From NCBI GenBank assembly GCA_965223265.1, contig OZ244999.1, positions 224,001 through 288,000 on the forward strand: a DNA stretch of 64,000 bases. The letters run 5' to 3'. A program made the translations under genes and the position numbers. Position 1 is the first letter of the stretch. Each line of letters opens with the position of its first letter. This stretch comes from Planctomycetota bacterium. Its GTDB lineage: Bacteria > Planctomycetota > UBA8108 > SXIK01. The notes beneath the pieces are model-generated. The model was not told the DNA's origin. It saw nothing but the letters and a program-made list of their open reading frames with translations, and ran no database searches. Below, piece after piece: positions 18,238 to 27,651 of this stretch.

Positions 18238-19716
18238 ATGACTCTAATGGCTCTATCCGCCTCGGACACCGCGTTCTTCGCTCGCCTCGAGCTCGCCTCG
18301 TTCGCCAACCCGTTCGGCAGCGAACGTGGTGAGCTCCTCTCCGAGCTGAGCGGCGTACCGCGTTTGCATCGCGATCCTGAGGCAGTGCGCGACCACGTCC
18401 TGGCCGAGACAGCGCGTCGCCTGCGGGGGCTGGAAGGGGAAGGGCACCTGAGCTGTTTTCGCGGCGAAGATCGGCTCCGTCTCGAGATCGCGCATCTCTT
18501 CGCTGTCTACTACGGTTTTGTCGACGCGCTCGATCGCTGCATCACCGAGCAGATCGCTGCTGGTGACTCGCCGACGCCCGTCACGTTTGGCGCCGAGCTG
18601 CTCGCCGAACTCGTCGGGCGTGGGTTCAAGCCGAAGGAAGCGGAGCGCTATCTGGCGATTTTTTTTCAGTTCAGGCGTGCCTACTACTTCGTCGCGCACG
18701 AGCTTGTGGGCAACAGCGACGCCATGAAAGACCTGCGGCGCCACCTATGGAACAACGTCGTTACGCACGACATCCGCTGGTACTCACGTTACCTTGTCAC
18801 GCGGATGGAGGACTTCTCCACTCTTCTTCTCGGTGAGACCGGAACCGGCAAAGGTGCAGCTGCGCGCGCGATTGGTTTTGCTGGTTTCATTCCGTTCGAC
18901 GCGAACAAGGGAACCTTCTCCGAAAGTTTCACCAAGGCGTTCGTTTCGATCAACTTGTCACAGTTCCCCGATGCTCTCATCGAGTCGGAGCTGTTTGGTC
19001 ATCGCCGTGGCGCATTTACCGGTGCTGTCGAGGACCATGACGGAGTCTTCGCTCGCTGCAGTGTCCACGGCTCGATCTTTCTCGACGAGATTGGTGAAGT
19101 CTCGCCGACGATCCAGATCAAGCTGCTGCGGGTCCTGCAGGAGCGCTGCTTCTCTCCGGTCGGAAGCCGTGACGTGTGCCGCTTTCGTGGCCGCATCGTG
19201 GCGGCAACGAATCGTCCTCTCCACGAGTTGCGTTCGCCGGGAGGTCTCCGCGATGACTTCTTCTTTCGTCTCTCCTCGGACGTCATCACCATGCCGGCAT
19301 TGCGTGATCACCTCGTCGAGTGTTGTGATGAGCTGGACGAACTCGTCGGACACTTGCTGCAACGCATGACGGGCCCTGCTCCCGAACTGATCAAGTACGT
19401 CCGCGAGGCGATTCGCCAATCGCTTCCGGAGGACTACCACTGGCCAGGCAACGTCCGTGAGCTCGAGCAGTGCGTGCGCCGCATCCTCCTGACGGGGAAC
19501 TATGAACCTGAGGCGAGTGTAGATTGCGGTCCAGATACTGCGTTCGGCGCTGCCGTGGAGCGTGGGGAGATGAACGTTGACGAACTTCTCGCAGGTTACT
19601 GCCGTCTTCTCTACGAGCGCTGTGGAAACTACAGCGAGGTGGCGCGTCAAACCGGACTCGACCGGCGCACGGTGCGGCGTCACATCCTCGGAGAATCTAG
19701 TCTCGCTTCCGATTGA
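18238..19716 (+). CDS. Sigma-54-dependent enhancer-binding transcriptional activator (AAA+, C-terminal HTH)
   Basis: 'GETGTGKG', 'ESELFGHRRGAFTGA', 'FLDEIGE', 'WPGNVRELE', Fis-like HTH. The N-terminus is not a receiver domain. Confidence 0.92.
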   Translation: MTLMALSASDTAFFARLELASFANPFGSERGELLSELSGVPRLHRDPEAVRDHVLAETARRLRGLEGEGHLSCFRGEDRLRLEIAHLFAVYYGFVDALDRCITEQIAAGDSPTPVTFGAELLAELVGRGFKPKEAERYLAIFFQFRRAYYFVAHELVGNSDAMKDLRRHLWNNVVTHDIRWYSRYLVTRMEDFSTLLLGETGTGKGAAARAIGFAGFIPFDANKGTFSESFTKAFVSINLSQFPDALIESELFGHRRGAFTGAVEDHDGVFARCSVHGSIFLDEIGEVSPTIQIKLLRVLQERCFSPVGSRDVCRFRGRIVAATNRPLHELRSPGGLRDDFFFRLSSDVITMPALRDHLVECCDELDELVGHLLQRMTGPAPELIKYVREAIRQSLPEDYHWPGNVRELEQCVRRILLTGNYEPEASVDCGPDTAFGAAVERGEMNVDELLAGYCRLLYERCGNYSEVARQTGLDRRTVRRHILGESSLASD

Positions 19717-19731
19717 CGCTTTGTAGCCTAG

Positions 19732-20394
19732 TCATCCCGTTGACGCAGTCGGTAACACAGTTCGGCGCCTCGCGCGCGCCACGCGTTGGCGGACGGCACA
19801 GCCGGGAACATGGTCGTTCACCAGCCCCATCGCCTGCATGAATGCGTACGCCGTCGTCGGGCCGACGAACGTCCAGCCGCGCGACTTGAGCTCGCGGCTG
19901 AGCTCGATCGACTCTGGCGTCGTCGCGACAATCCCCTCGAACGGCCGCTTGGTCTCATACTGCCAAAAGAAACTCGCGAGCGACCCCGCTTGATTGACCA
20001 ACTCCACGGCCCGGCGCGCGTTGTTAATGGTCGCTTCGATTTTGCCGCGATGTCGCACGATCCCCGCGTCTCTGAGCAGACGTTCAACGCTTCGTTTGTT
20101 GAAACGCGCAACGTGCTCAAAATCGAAGCCTTGGAACGCGCGTCGGAAGTTGTCGCGTTTCTTCAGAATCGTGAGCCAGCTCAGCCCTGACTGGAATCCT
20201 TCCAGGCAGATCTTCTCGAACAGGCGATGATCGTCGGTGACTGGGAAACCCCATTCTTCGTCGTGGTAGCGGACGTAGAGCGGGTCATCGCCGCACCACC
20301 AGCAGCGAGCGAATCCGGAGGCGTCTCGGACGAGCTTGTCTTCGAAGCCGCGCTGCTTCTTCTGGGTCGTTTTTCGATCCTCGCCGGGCTTCAT
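19732..20394 (-). CDS. tag: DNA-3-methyladenine glycosylase I
   Basis: 'RCWWC...YHDEEWG', 'LFEKICLEGFQSGLSWLTIL', 'FVGPTTAYAFMQAMGLVNDH...C'. Confidence 0.93.
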   Translation of the reverse strand: MKPGEDRKTTQKKQRGFEDKLVRDASGFARCWWCGDDPLYVRYHDEEWGFPVTDDHRLFEKICLEGFQSGLSWLTILKKRDNFRRAFQGFDFEHVARFNKRSVERLLRDAGIVRHRGKIEATINNARRAVELVNQAGSLASFFWQYETKRPFEGIVATTPESIELSRELKSRGWTFVGPTTAYAFMQAMGLVNDHVPGCAVRQRVARARRRTVLPTASTG

Positions 20395-20409
20395 CTTCAC
20401 CCTCGATCG

Positions 20410-20739
20410 TCATTTGGCAGGCAGCGAACGTGCGAACTCGACGGCGCGATCGACCCACTTCTTCAGACCTTTGTCTGTCGAAACACCTTTCTCGGAGACG
20501 TAAACGAAGCCTTTGAGGGGCTTCCCCGTAAAGTCCATCGGGCGCGCATGTCGCTCTTTGAGTGCTGCTTCGTACGCGATTGGTCCAACACGAGCCATCA
20601 ACTCGTTGTCGACCACGCCGCAGCTCATGTTTCCGCGCACCAGAAACGCCAGTCCACCGAACATCTTTTTTTCACTGATGCCGCGGCGGCGTTTGAGAAC
20701 GCTGCGAACACGTTGTGCGAGGTCTTCGTTGTAAGCCAT
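20410..20739 (-). CDS. TfoX/Sxy N-terminal domain protein
   Basis: 'MAYNEDLAQRVR...EKKMFGGLAFLVRGNM', 'MDFTGKPLKGFVYV'. Confidence 0.85.
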   Translation of the reverse strand: MAYNEDLAQRVRSVLKRRRGISEKKMFGGLAFLVRGNMSCGVVDNELMARVGPIAYEAALKERHARPMDFTGKPLKGFVYVSEKGVSTDKGLKKWVDRAVEFARSLPAK

Positions 20740-20744
20740 CTCGA

Positions 20745-23700
20745 TTACCGACCTGCTTGCCCAGACGACGTCGTATGACTTGCGGCGGCACCTTCTTGCG
20801 GTGATGCGATGCGATCTGTGCGCACGAAGAACCGGTCAAAAAGGACAGGACACAGTACCAGCGTCAACACTGTGGCGAACCCGAGCCCGAACATCATCGC
20901 GTTCGCCATAGAGCTCCACATGCCGCCGCCGGAGACAGAGAGCGGTAGCAGGCCGATGATCGTCGTCACCGTTGTCATGACGATCGGGCGCAGTCGGGAG
21001 CGTGCGGCGGCTACGATCGCCTCGCGTCGCTCCAATCCCAAAAGCATCTGACGATCAATCTCATCGATCAGAAGGATCGCGTTGTTGACCACGATTCCGA
21101 GGAGCGCGATGATTCCCAGGAGCGTCATGAATCCGAACGATGAACCCGTCGCCAGAAGCCCGGACGTGATCCCGATCAACATGGGTGGGATCGTCAGCAG
21201 GATGATGAGGAAGCGCCGGAGACTGTTGAATTGACTGATCAGAATGAGCGCGAGCGCGGAAAACGATATGGGCATCGCCTCGAAGATCTTTCCCTGTGAC
21301 TCCGCACTTTCCTCCTGCTCACCTCCGTATTCGATGCGGTAGCCTGACGGCCAACTCGGGGTGCTGAGCAACCCATCGAGTCGCGGCCGAAGCTCTGACA
21401 GCGCCTCGCTGGCGAAGCGTCCGCTCACCCGCGCTTTGACTGTCATAGTGCGAATCGTGTCCTCACGCAGAATGGAACCTGGCAGGAAATCGATGCGCAC
21501 GTCCGCCACTTGGCTCAGTGGCACGGAAGTGCCATCAAGGCCGTAGATCGGCATGTCTCGAATGCGTTCCGGGTGTTCGCGATAGTCCTCGCGTGATCGC
21601 AGCACGATCGGGATCGATTTTTCATCTTCCCGAAAGCTGCTCGCAGTCATGCCGCTGTATTGCATGCCGAGCGCGGAAGCTATGTCCGACGTCGTCAGTC
21701 CCAACCGAGCGGCGCGGATAGGGTCTGGGTTGACGGAGACCTGTTTGACCCACGCGCCCCAGTCATCGCGCATCTCGTTGAGCCCGCTGACCGCGCGCAT
21801 CTCGTCAATGATTCGGTCGCGGCAGTCGTAGATTATCTGCATGTCGCGCCCGTAAAGACGGATCTGAATCGGATCACCGACCGGCGGACCGTTTTCGAGC
21901 GCCTTCGCGACGATGCGCGCGTCCGGAAACGATTCGCGAGCGTGACGGTGCACCGCATCGATCATGGCGCGAATCCGAGCTGGATCGCCGCTGTGCGTGA
22001 GCACCGTCATGAAGGCGTAATTGGGATTCGGCGGCTCCGGGGAAAGCGCCAGGTACCAACGCGGCCCGCCGTTGCCGATCCAGGTCGAGACACTTCGCAG
22101 TTCGTCGGCATATGTCTCATTCAACCAACGTTCGAACGTGGCGACGCGACGCTCAGTCTCGGGTAAATCGCGACCCAGCGGCAGCTCGAAGTCGACGATG
22201 AACTGTCCGCGTTCATTGGGTGGAAAAAAGATGTTGGGAACGAAACGAAATCCCCAGCCAGCCAAGATCGTTAGCGCCAGGATCGATATTGGGAAGAGCC
22301 AGCCGCCCTTGAAAGCCCACCGCAGTGCAGCCTCATACGGCGCGTAGAGTCGCTCGAGAAGGCGGCCGACGAACGTGTCGCGTTTGAGAGGACGGAGAAA
22401 GTAGTAACAGAAGAGGGGGATGATAGAGATCGAGAGCACCCAGGAGGCCAGCAACGTAAGCGACACGACGGCGAAAAGACTGTAGGTGAATTCGCTCGTA
22501 GCGCCCGGCGCCAGGGCGACAGGCGAAAACGCGGCGATTGTCGTAGCGCTGGCAGCGAGCAGGGGTACCTGAAGGTTCTTCGTCGCGGCGATGCATGCGG
22601 CGCGGCGCTCCTGCCCCTGGCTGAGACGTACCAGAATCTGCTCGCTGACCACCACGGCATTGTCGACGAGGAGCCCAAGGGCAATGATCAGTGCGGCGAT
22701 CGACATCATCTCGAGCTGTACGTCGGCAAGGGGCATTGCGGCGAAGCACGCCAAGATCGCTGACGGCACCAAAATGGCGACGACGAGCGCGATCCGCCAG
22801 CCTGCGAAGAGGAACATCACCACGGCGACGAACGAGAATGCTTGGGAGAGATTGACAAGAAAGGAATTGATCGATGCGCTGACGTATTCTGGTTGGTAGA
22901 AAATGGGTTCGACGTCGAGGCCGATCGGCAGATCCTCAACGATCTCAGACAGCCTCGTTTGGATGCGGTCTCCGATGTCCGTGACGAGCCCGCCAGCAAC
23001 CATTGACACAGCAATGCAAAGGATGCGCTCGCCGTTGTGGTGAACCACGGAAGAGCGCGGTTCTATGTAGCCGCGTCGAATTGTGCTGATGTCCGAAAGC
23101 AGAACAGACGTTGCCTCGCCTGGAATTGCCAAGCGTAGCGCTTCGATCTCTTCAAGCGTCTCGAACTCGCCGAGAGTGGCCACGCTGAGACGCTCGACAG
23201 CAACCGGCACTGAGCCGCTTGAGGCAACCGCGTTTTGGTTCTGGATCTGCTGGGCGAGGATCGAGGGGCTGACACCGTAGGCCGATAGCTCGCTGTTGGA
23301 GAACTCGACGTAGACACGTTCCGGTCGCGTGCCGTGAAACTCGACTTTGCCGACGCCATCGAGACGCAGCAGCTCGTCACGGATATCCTCCGCGTAGTCG
23401 AGCAGTTCCCGGTCGGAGAATCCGTCGCCGCGGAGGGCATAAACGTAGGGGAAGACGTCGCCGAACTCATCGTTAACGCTGGGCACGCCGGCACCATCCG
23501 GCAGTTGCGTCTCTTCGACTTTGTTACGTAGTCGCTGCCAGATAGGATCGAGGTCGAAATACTCCTCGGCGATCTCCGCTGAAATGATCGAGAGACCGTT
23601 CTTTGACGTCGATTTGACCTCGAACATCTCAGGCATTTGGCGTATCGCCTGTTCGAGAGGTTCAGTGATCTCTTGCTCGACCTGGAGTGCGGTGCGGCCA

Positions 23701-23855
23701 GGGTAGCTTGTGATGATCTGCGCGTTGCGTATGGTGAATTCTGGGTACTCGAGCCGGCCGATCGTGAAATAGCTGCCGACGCCGACGAACATGACGACGC
23801 AGTAGAAGGAGAGGGCCGTGCGATTGTTCCTGAGGGTGAACGCGGTCAGGTTCAT
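20745..23855 (-). CDS. RND efflux transporter permease subunit (AcrB family)
   Basis: 1036 aa; 'ALGLLVDNAVVV', 'GIVVNNAILL', 'RLRPIVMTTVTTIIGLLPL'. Confidence 0.93.
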   Translation of the reverse strand: MNLTAFTLRNNRTALSFYCVVMFVGVGSYFTIGRLEYPEFTIRNAQIITSYPGRTALQVEQEITEPLEQAIRQMPEMFEVKSTSKNGLSIISAEIAEEYFDLDPIWQRLRNKVEETQLPDGAGVPSVNDEFGDVFPYVYALRGDGFSDRELLDYAEDIRDELLRLDGVGKVEFHGTRPERVYVEFSNSELSAYGVSPSILAQQIQNQNAVASSGSVPVAVERLSVATLGEFETLEEIEALRLAIPGEATSVLLSDISTIRRGYIEPRSSVVHHNGERILCIAVSMVAGGLVTDIGDRIQTRLSEIVEDLPIGLDVEPIFYQPEYVSASINSFLVNLSQAFSFVAVVMFLFAGWRIALVVAILVPSAILACFAAMPLADVQLEMMSIAALIIALGLLVDNAVVVSEQILVRLSQGQERRAACIAATKNLQVPLLAASATTIAAFSPVALAPGATSEFTYSLFAVVSLTLLASWVLSISIIPLFCYYFLRPLKRDTFVGRLLERLYAPYEAALRWAFKGGWLFPISILALTILAGWGFRFVPNIFFPPNERGQFIVDFELPLGRDLPETERRVATFERWLNETYADELRSVSTWIGNGGPRWYLALSPEPPNPNYAFMTVLTHSGDPARIRAMIDAVHRHARESFPDARIVAKALENGPPVGDPIQIRLYGRDMQIIYDCRDRIIDEMRAVSGLNEMRDDWGAWVKQVSVNPDPIRAARLGLTTSDIASALGMQYSGMTASSFREDEKSIPIVLRSREDYREHPERIRDMPIYGLDGTSVPLSQVADVRIDFLPGSILREDTIRTMTVKARVSGRFASEALSELRPRLDGLLSTPSWPSGYRIEYGGEQEESAESQGKIFEAMPISFSALALILISQFNSLRRFLIILLTIPPMLIGITSGLLATGSSFGFMTLLGIIALLGIVVNNAILLIDEIDRQMLLGLERREAIVAAARSRLRPIVMTTVTTIIGLLPLSVSGGGMWSSMANAMMFGLGFATVLTLVLCPVLFDRFFVRTDRIASPQEGAAASHTTSSGQAGR

Positions 23856-23873
23856 CTAGGTGCTGCTAAACCT

Positions 23874-24974
23874 CTACGGCGACACTCGTACCCGTGCACC
23901 GTCGCTAAGTCTGTGGACTCCACGTGCCACGATGGTTTCACCGGCGGTCAAGCCGCTGAGAATCTCGATCTCGCCTTGCGGCCAGAGCGCTCCGGTCGTC
24001 ACGACTCGCTTCTTGACGTTAGCGGTTTCGCCAGAGGGAGCGGTCGCACCATCGACGACCCACACGTAGCGCTCGTCGGGAGGTGCTGCGGCAACACACG
24101 CCGCCGGGACCGCGATCGATCCACCACGCGGATTGGGAAGCTCGAGCGTTGCTTCGCCGTCCATGCCATCGCGCAGATCCGCGCCACCTTCGGCCAAAGC
24201 GAGTGTCACCGCATAGGTTGTGTTGCGGGATACCTGGGTCGAAATCTTAGAGACCGACGCGGTCAGTTCTACACCTGGTATGCTGCCGATGCGTACCCGG
24301 GCTTTCATGCCGATCGAGACGCTCCCGATCACGTCGGATGGGACGCCGATCTCCATCTCCATCGCGCCGTCCCCAAGAATCGTAAAGACGGGAGTGCCTG
24401 CATTGACCAGTTCTTGTCGCTCGCTGAGGACGTCTCCGATGTGTCCTGCGTACGGCATGTAGAGCGTGCAGTCGTTGACTTGCTTCTCAGCCGTCTCAAG
24501 ACTGGCACTGGCGGTCTGGTGCGTAGCAATCGCGGAGTCAAGCTGCGCACGGCTTGTGTTGTCGTTCTCGAAAAGTTGCTGGACTCTTCTAAGCTCCTCC
24601 TGTGCTCTGGTCGCCTCAGCTTGCGCGCGTCTGAGCTCGACTTCGTAGTTCGACGTGTCGAGTTTCGCGAGCACGGCGCCAGCTTCATACTTTCGTCCCC
24701 GCACCGCAACAAGCTCGACGATGCGACCGCTGACCTCGAAGCTGAGGTCCGCTGTGTTTGCAGCCTTCGTGGCACCAGAGAAGCTGCGGCGGATGACTGA
24801 CTGGGGAGCTGCGACGCGATGTGTGATCACGCGGCGAGGTGGCGTGGGACCGGGATCGGCGCTCTTTCTACAGCTTTCTGTCGTCGTGAGGAAGATGGTG
24901 ACTGCGACGATGGCGCAGCCGCGAGTCACTCGTGGTGTGTTTCTCGCCCGCTGCGCGGCGTGTGGTTGGCTCAT
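23874..24974 (-). CDS. RND periplasmic adaptor (membrane fusion protein)
   Basis: 'LSFEVSGRI', lipoyl/hairpin pattern, 'GLTAGETIVARG'. The ATG overlaps the upstream stop (ATGA). Confidence 0.9.
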   Translation of the reverse strand: MSQPHAAQRARNTPRVTRGCAIVAVTIFLTTTESCRKSADPGPTPPRRVITHRVAAPQSVIRRSFSGATKAANTADLSFEVSGRIVELVAVRGRKYEAGAVLAKLDTSNYEVELRRAQAEATRAQEELRRVQQLFENDNTSRAQLDSAIATHQTASASLETAEKQVNDCTLYMPYAGHIGDVLSERQELVNAGTPVFTILGDGAMEMEIGVPSDVIGSVSIGMKARVRIGSIPGVELTASVSKISTQVSRNTTYAVTLALAEGGADLRDGMDGEATLELPNPRGGSIAVPAACVAAAPPDERYVWVVDGATAPSGETANVKKRVVTTGALWPQGEIEILSGLTAGETIVARGVHRLSDGARVRVSP

Positions 24975-27334
24975 TGCGGCGGTGACTCCATGAAGGCTCT
25001 CAGCGCGGCGGCCCACGCTTCTTTCTCCTCGGGCGACTGCGAAAACTCGAACCACGCGATCGCCCGCTGCGCCGAAACGATGTCCTTGAGATAGGCGTAA
25101 ACCGTCACGGCTTCATTCTGGCGTTCTGCCAAGAACTCGCGCTGCGCGTCGAGAAGGTCGATGATACTTGCAGTGCCTTGGGTGTATTTGGCGCGGATGG
25201 CCTCGAAGTTGCGCTCGGCTGCTTCCAGCGCTCGGCGACTCAGTCTCATCCCGGGGTGACTCGAAGAAATTCCATAGGCGGCCGCCAGCGCTCGCTGCTC
25301 AACGAGGAACAACGCTTGATCGCGCAGCGCTGAGAGCTGAAGAATCGTGGCGCGGAACTGCGCGACTTCCGCGCCACGACGTCCGCCTTCGAAGAGCGGA
25401 ACGACAAAGCCCAGGCCGACGCTCCACTCGTTCTGTGAATCTGCATCGACGCGGTGCGCGTCTTGGAGGACGCGGTCGAAATTGGCCGCGAGACTGACTT
25501 CTGGTACGAAGTTGCGGCGACTTCGTTCGCGCAGAAGGATGCCTTGAGCCGCAAGGGTTTCTTCGAACGCGACGATCTCTGGTGCACGCTTTCCGGACTC
25601 GACGCGAAGGAATTCGATGAATCGATGAAAGGACTTCAGATTGCCGAGCAGCGGAGAGAGGACGTCGTTCATGAAGTAGAGGTCATCCTCTTCGAGCTCG
25701 ATATCTTTCAGGTCCCAGTGCTGCGTACGCGGCACGCCAAGCAGCACGTTGAGCGCGATGCGCGCGTTGCGGCGGTCGGCATCTCGACTGAACAGAGTCG
25801 CTTTGCCGCGTGCTTCACTCGCCTGCCAGCGGAAAACTTCCGACGGCTCGGCCGCTCCGATCTCATAGCGAAGCTTTGCTAGCTGCAGGTTGTTTTGCAC
25901 GAGCACGAGGTTCTCTTGTTCAATGACGTAGAGCGCTTCTGCAGTGAGAACGTCGAGAAACGACGCTCCCGCGTCGGCAGTTGCGTCGAGCCGAACCGAC
26001 TCAAGATCACGCTCCGAGGCCGCCGCCGCATGTTTCTGCGCGTCAATCTGTCCGAGCACCCGGTCGCTGAAGAGAAGTTGGCGCAGCTCCGCACCGAGCG
26101 CGTAGCTTTCGGCGTGGTGCGGTGTCGTCGCTAGAATCCGCTCACTGACGCCTTGATATGCGCTCGATCCGACGGCGCTCAGCTGCGGTCGATAAGACGC
26201 ACGTGCGACGTCGACGGCGCGCGCTTGGACCGTAGCCTCTGCGGAGGCTGCGAGCACCTGAGGATTCTGCTCGGCGGCGAGAGCCATTGCTTCTTCGAGT
26301 GTGAGTTCACCTGCCGACTGAAAAAGGTCGTCCTCGTGGATGAAACGTGCGGCAAGCGCCGTGTCGTAGTCGGGTGACCAACCGATGGAGAGAGCCGTCC
26401 GCATGTTGATCACGAGTTGATCATCGACGCGTAGTGTCACAGGCAACAGGTCGGTTGGGATGCCGAGAAGGATCTGGTGCAGATGGAGAGCCGTTCGTCG
26501 GTAGATTGCGGACCAGTTATCACCTGCGAGCCCTGCGAAAGCACCACGTTCGACGTCGATCACTCCAAGGATCGAAAAGGAAAACAGATTGTGTGAGGTG
26601 AGTGATTGGAAGAGATTGGCTCTCTCCGCATCGGACATGCTGATGAGAATCGGCACATAGACCGCGCGTGCACTCGGCGGCAAGGCTTCGATGCAGGACG
26701 CTGCGGTGTCGCCAACCGGAACAATTTCGACGTCGACTCCGGTACGCTCTTCGAGGGCAGCCGCGAGCGGTTTGATTCGCTCTTCGAGCGAGCGATAGAC
26801 GTGCGCGTCGAGGAGTGCATGGACGCGGCGTTCGCCGGTCAGTTCGGCCAGCTTCTCCAGATCCGACGCAATGCGCCGGCTTTGAATAAACGTATAGTCC
26901 TTCACCAGCGATGTGCCGCGTGGAGAGATCAGGGCGCTGTTGAGATCTCCGAACTCGACGGAGCCACTGACGATCGGGAGGCGGCGTTCGTTCTCGTCCA
27001 TTTGTATTGCAGCAGAGCTGACGAGGTGGCCGGCGGTGTAGACCACACCCACGTCCGGCGCCGAGATCGCCTCGCGCAGTAGCTCGGCCGAACGCTGCGG
27101 TTCACCGTCTGCGTTGTAAGTGTCGCGGAGTTCGAACGTGTACTTGCCGGCGGCGAGATTCTCGAGCTCGACACGAAACCCTTCGATCAATCGATCGAAA
27201 TAAGGCGAGGATTGATCTTGGACGATGGCAATGACGTGGTGGGGCAGGCGCGCCGCACCCGTCGCGGTGGGGGGCTCCTGCGACTGCAATAACACGGTCG
27301 AGAGCGCCAGAGTGATGGTCAGCGAGATCCTCAT
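24971..27334 (-). CDS. TolC-family outer membrane efflux protein fused to an N-terminal ABC substrate-binding-like domain
   Basis: The C-terminal half has two OEP repeats ('LTLEEAMALAAEQNP', 'YTQGTASIIDLLDAQ'). The N-terminal ~330 aa end in 'LVINMRTALSIG', typical of ABC_sub_bind domains. Confidence 0.8.
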   Translation of the reverse strand: MRISLTITLALSTVLLQSQEPPTATGAARLPHHVIAIVQDQSSPYFDRLIEGFRVELENLAAGKYTFELRDTYNADGEPQRSAELLREAISAPDVGVVYTAGHLVSSAAIQMDENERRLPIVSGSVEFGDLNSALISPRGTSLVKDYTFIQSRRIASDLEKLAELTGERRVHALLDAHVYRSLEERIKPLAAALEERTGVDVEIVPVGDTAASCIEALPPSARAVYVPILISMSDAERANLFQSLTSHNLFSFSILGVIDVERGAFAGLAGDNWSAIYRRTALHLHQILLGIPTDLLPVTLRVDDQLVINMRTALSIGWSPDYDTALAARFIHEDDLFQSAGELTLEEAMALAAEQNPQVLAASAEATVQARAVDVARASYRPQLSAVGSSAYQGVSERILATTPHHAESYALGAELRQLLFSDRVLGQIDAQKHAAAASERDLESVRLDATADAGASFLDVLTAEALYVIEQENLVLVQNNLQLAKLRYEIGAAEPSEVFRWQASEARGKATLFSRDADRRNARIALNVLLGVPRTQHWDLKDIELEEDDLYFMNDVLSPLLGNLKSFHRFIEFLRVESGKRAPEIVAFEETLAAQGILLRERSRRNFVPEVSLAANFDRVLQDAHRVDADSQNEWSVGLGFVVPLFEGGRRGAEVAQFRATILQLSALRDQALFLVEQRALAAAYGISSSHPGMRLSRRALEAAERNFEAIRAKYTQGTASIIDLLDAQREFLAERQNEAVTVYAYLKDIVSAQRAIAWFEFSQSPEEKEAWAAALRAFMESPPQ

Positions 27335-27651
27335 TCGTGCGCGCCGGCCCGTCGCCCAACCACAGGCTGCGCTTGAGGAGCGATGGTCGCTAGGTCGGAG
27401 ATTCTTCTGGAGGCGCACAACGATCCTCTGCGTCCCGACACAAATCGTCGCCATGGCTTTCTCCAGGTTCGCGGCGAGACGTCGCGACCGGACCTGTTTG
27501 CGACGGGCTAACCGGTTCGGGTGGGGGGCGCGATACGACATGAACCCCTACCTATAGCCGAACGTGGAGTGATTGTCACCAGCCGTCGGGTACCCAATTG
27601 CGAGTGTTTCCAGGTAGATCATCGCGCTGCGTTTGACTCAGGTCGTCGGAT

